DNA of 49,607 bases, taken from an uncultured Planctomycetales bacterium (GTDB taxonomy: Bacteria > Omnitrophota > Gorgyraeia > Aquiviventales > Aquiviventaceae). Below, piece by piece: positions 48,229 to 49,607 of this stretch. The notes below the pieces were generated by a model, which was given only the letters and a program-made list of their open reading frames with translations, was not told the origin of the DNA and made no database searches. The translations under genes and the position numbers were made by a program. Location of the stretch: NCBI GenBank assembly GCA_964373835.1, contig CAYJWN010000004.1, forward strand, positions 1 through 49,607. Reading direction: 5' to 3'. Within the stretch, counting starts at the first letter, position 1, and each line of letters opens with the position of its first letter.

Positions 48229-48260
48229 GCCACTTCGCCACCCAGCCACTTCGCCACTAG
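48229..48260. repeat. 8-mer tandem array (GCCACnnn)x4 at the hisS/aspS junction
   Basis: GCCACTTC GCCACCCA GCCACTTC GCCACTAG; the last unit overlaps the hisS stop. Confidence 0.75.
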
Positions 48261-49555
48261 AGATTGCCTGAGGAACATCTCGCCTTCCCCTGCCGACTGA
48301 CTTCCTCGACGAAGGCATCGAACGCAATGGTGCGCTGGGTGCCCTGCGCCAAATCCTTGAGCGTCATCGCGCGCTGCTGGAGCTCCGTTTCTCCCAAGAT
48401 CGCCACCAACTGGCAGCCGGCTTTGTCCGCTTCCCGCAGCTGCGCCTTGAGGCTCTTGCCATCATAGTCCATGAGGGCGCAGACGCCCTGTTCCCGCAGC
48501 CGCCTGACAAACTGGAATCCCTGGCTCACGAGCCCTGGTTGGGCCACGGCGAGATAGAGCCCGCCCCGGCGATCGCCATCGGCGGGCCGGGGGCCTCGCT
48601 GCGACTCAGCGGCGGCAGCCATCAAGAGTCGTTCAATGCCCGCCGCACACCCCACCGCGCCCACGGACGGGCCTCCAAGCTCTTCGACCAGGTGGTCGTA
48701 GCGTCCGCCGGCCGCCACCGCATCCTGCGCCCCCAACCCCTTCACGCGCACCTCGAACACCGTCCGCGTATAGTAGTCAAGACCCCTGGCGAATGTCTTG
48801 GTGTCGTCGAATGCCACGTCAGATTCGCGAAGCCCGCGCCGCACGCCGTCGAAATGCGCGGCGCAGTCGTTGCAGAGGAGAAAGGGGGAACCTTCACACC
48901 GCCACGCCAGGCCGTGGCAGGCGGGATGCTTGCAGTCAAAGACGCGGAAGATATTCTTGTCGAAGCGGGCCTGACAGTCCTTGCAGAGCTTCGCGCGATC
49001 CGGTGCGAGCCGCTCCCGCAGCCGCGCGGCCGAGCGCTCCTGATCCTGCCGGCAGCCCATGCTGGCAAGCCACAGCGACAGCTCCGTCAGACCGCACGCC
49101 TGCAGGATGCGCAGGCACAAGACGATCACCTCCACATCCACCCAGGGGCTGCTCGAGCCGATGGCTTCCACGCCGTATTGGTGGAACTGCCGAAAGCGCC
49201 CGGCCTGCGGCCGCTCGGCGCGAAACATGGGGCCGAGGTAGAAGAGCTTCGCGAATCCCTGCGTCTTGTGGAGGTTGTGCTCCAGATACGCCCGCACGAC
49301 CGAGGCGGTGCCTTCCGGCCGCAGCACGATCTCATGGCCGCCGCGGTCCTCGAACCGGAACATCTCCTTCTGCACGATGTCGGTCGTTTCCCCGATGGAC
49401 CGCAAAAAAAGGGCCGCGTCTTCAATGAGAGGAGTGCGGATTTCCTGGTAGCCGGAGAGCCGCGCGAGACGCCGGACGGTGTGCTCAACCGCCACCCACC
49501 GCTTCACCTCACCCGCGAGCACGTCGGCTGTGCCCCGAACGGCTTGGAGTGCCAT
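48257..49555 (-). CDS. hisS: Histidine--tRNA ligase
   Basis: RGT.D, TDIVQKEMF, LRPEGTA, FRAERPQAGRFRQFHQ, RGLDYY, GGRYD, GIER. Confidence 0.98.
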   Translation of the reverse strand: MALQAVRGTADVLAGEVKRWVAVEHTVRRLARLSGYQEIRTPLIEDAALFLRSIGETTDIVQKEMFRFEDRGGHEIVLRPEGTASVVRAYLEHNLHKTQGFAKLFYLGPMFRAERPQAGRFRQFHQYGVEAIGSSSPWVDVEVIVLCLRILQACGLTELSLWLASMGCRQDQERSAARLRERLAPDRAKLCKDCQARFDKNIFRVFDCKHPACHGLAWRCEGSPFLLCNDCAAHFDGVRRGLRESDVAFDDTKTFARGLDYYTRTVFEVRVKGLGAQDAVAAGGRYDHLVEELGGPSVGAVGCAAGIERLLMAAAAESQRGPRPADGDRRGGLYLAVAQPGLVSQGFQFVRRLREQGVCALMDYDGKSLKAQLREADKAGCQLVAILGETELQQRAMTLKDLAQGTQRTIAFDAFVEEVSRQGKARCSSGNL

Positions 49556-49561
49556 CACGTT

Positions 49562-49570
49562 ATTGTAACA
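49562..49570 (-). promoter_or_regulatory. Extended -10 promoter (candidate leaderless) of the hisS operon
   Basis: TG-T-TACAAT on the minus strand; 6 nt separate it from the ATG at 49555. Confidence 0.55.
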
Positions 49571-49577
49571 CGGTCGT

Positions 49578-49607
49578 CCATTGTGGATTGCGGATTTCGG
49601 ATTGCGG
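49578..49607. repeat. 7-mer array truncated by the window edge
   Basis: Minus strand CCGCAAT CCGAAAT CCGCAAT CCACAAT. Confidence 0.75.

Overview
GC-rich bacterial chromosome segment, probably PVC superphylum and plausibly Omnitrophota. This is an inference from the PVC-signature small basic protein (2759-2995) and a TIGR04073-like protein. Content is mostly housekeeping: der, plsY, aroB, era, polX, ino1, ppdK, glyQ/glyS, recO, ybeY, phoH, aspS, hisS and tRNA-Arg(CCT). It also holds a lipid-catabolism cluster (GDPD, cNMP/MinD-like/patatin fusion, beta-oxidation genes). Gene orientation flips from almost all + (1-28540) to almost all - (28612-end). A 28-bp XerC/XerD dif-like site (28584-28611) sits exactly at the switch, so the window probably spans the replication terminus. 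The main unexplained layer is a set of short repeat elements. A four-helix-bundle gene is bracketed by inverted 7-mer arrays inside the recO-glyQ operon, and 'empty' inverted 7-mer arrays sit at neighbouring junctions, where they are translated into YbeY and GlyS. There are also two tandem MITE-like elements with TGA duplications, palindromes inserted in frame into two enzymes, CTAG-bounded twin units and GATTACACAGAT repeats. Several unannotated small ORFs and candidate leaderless promoters are visible. No CRISPR array, rRNA or transposase was seen.
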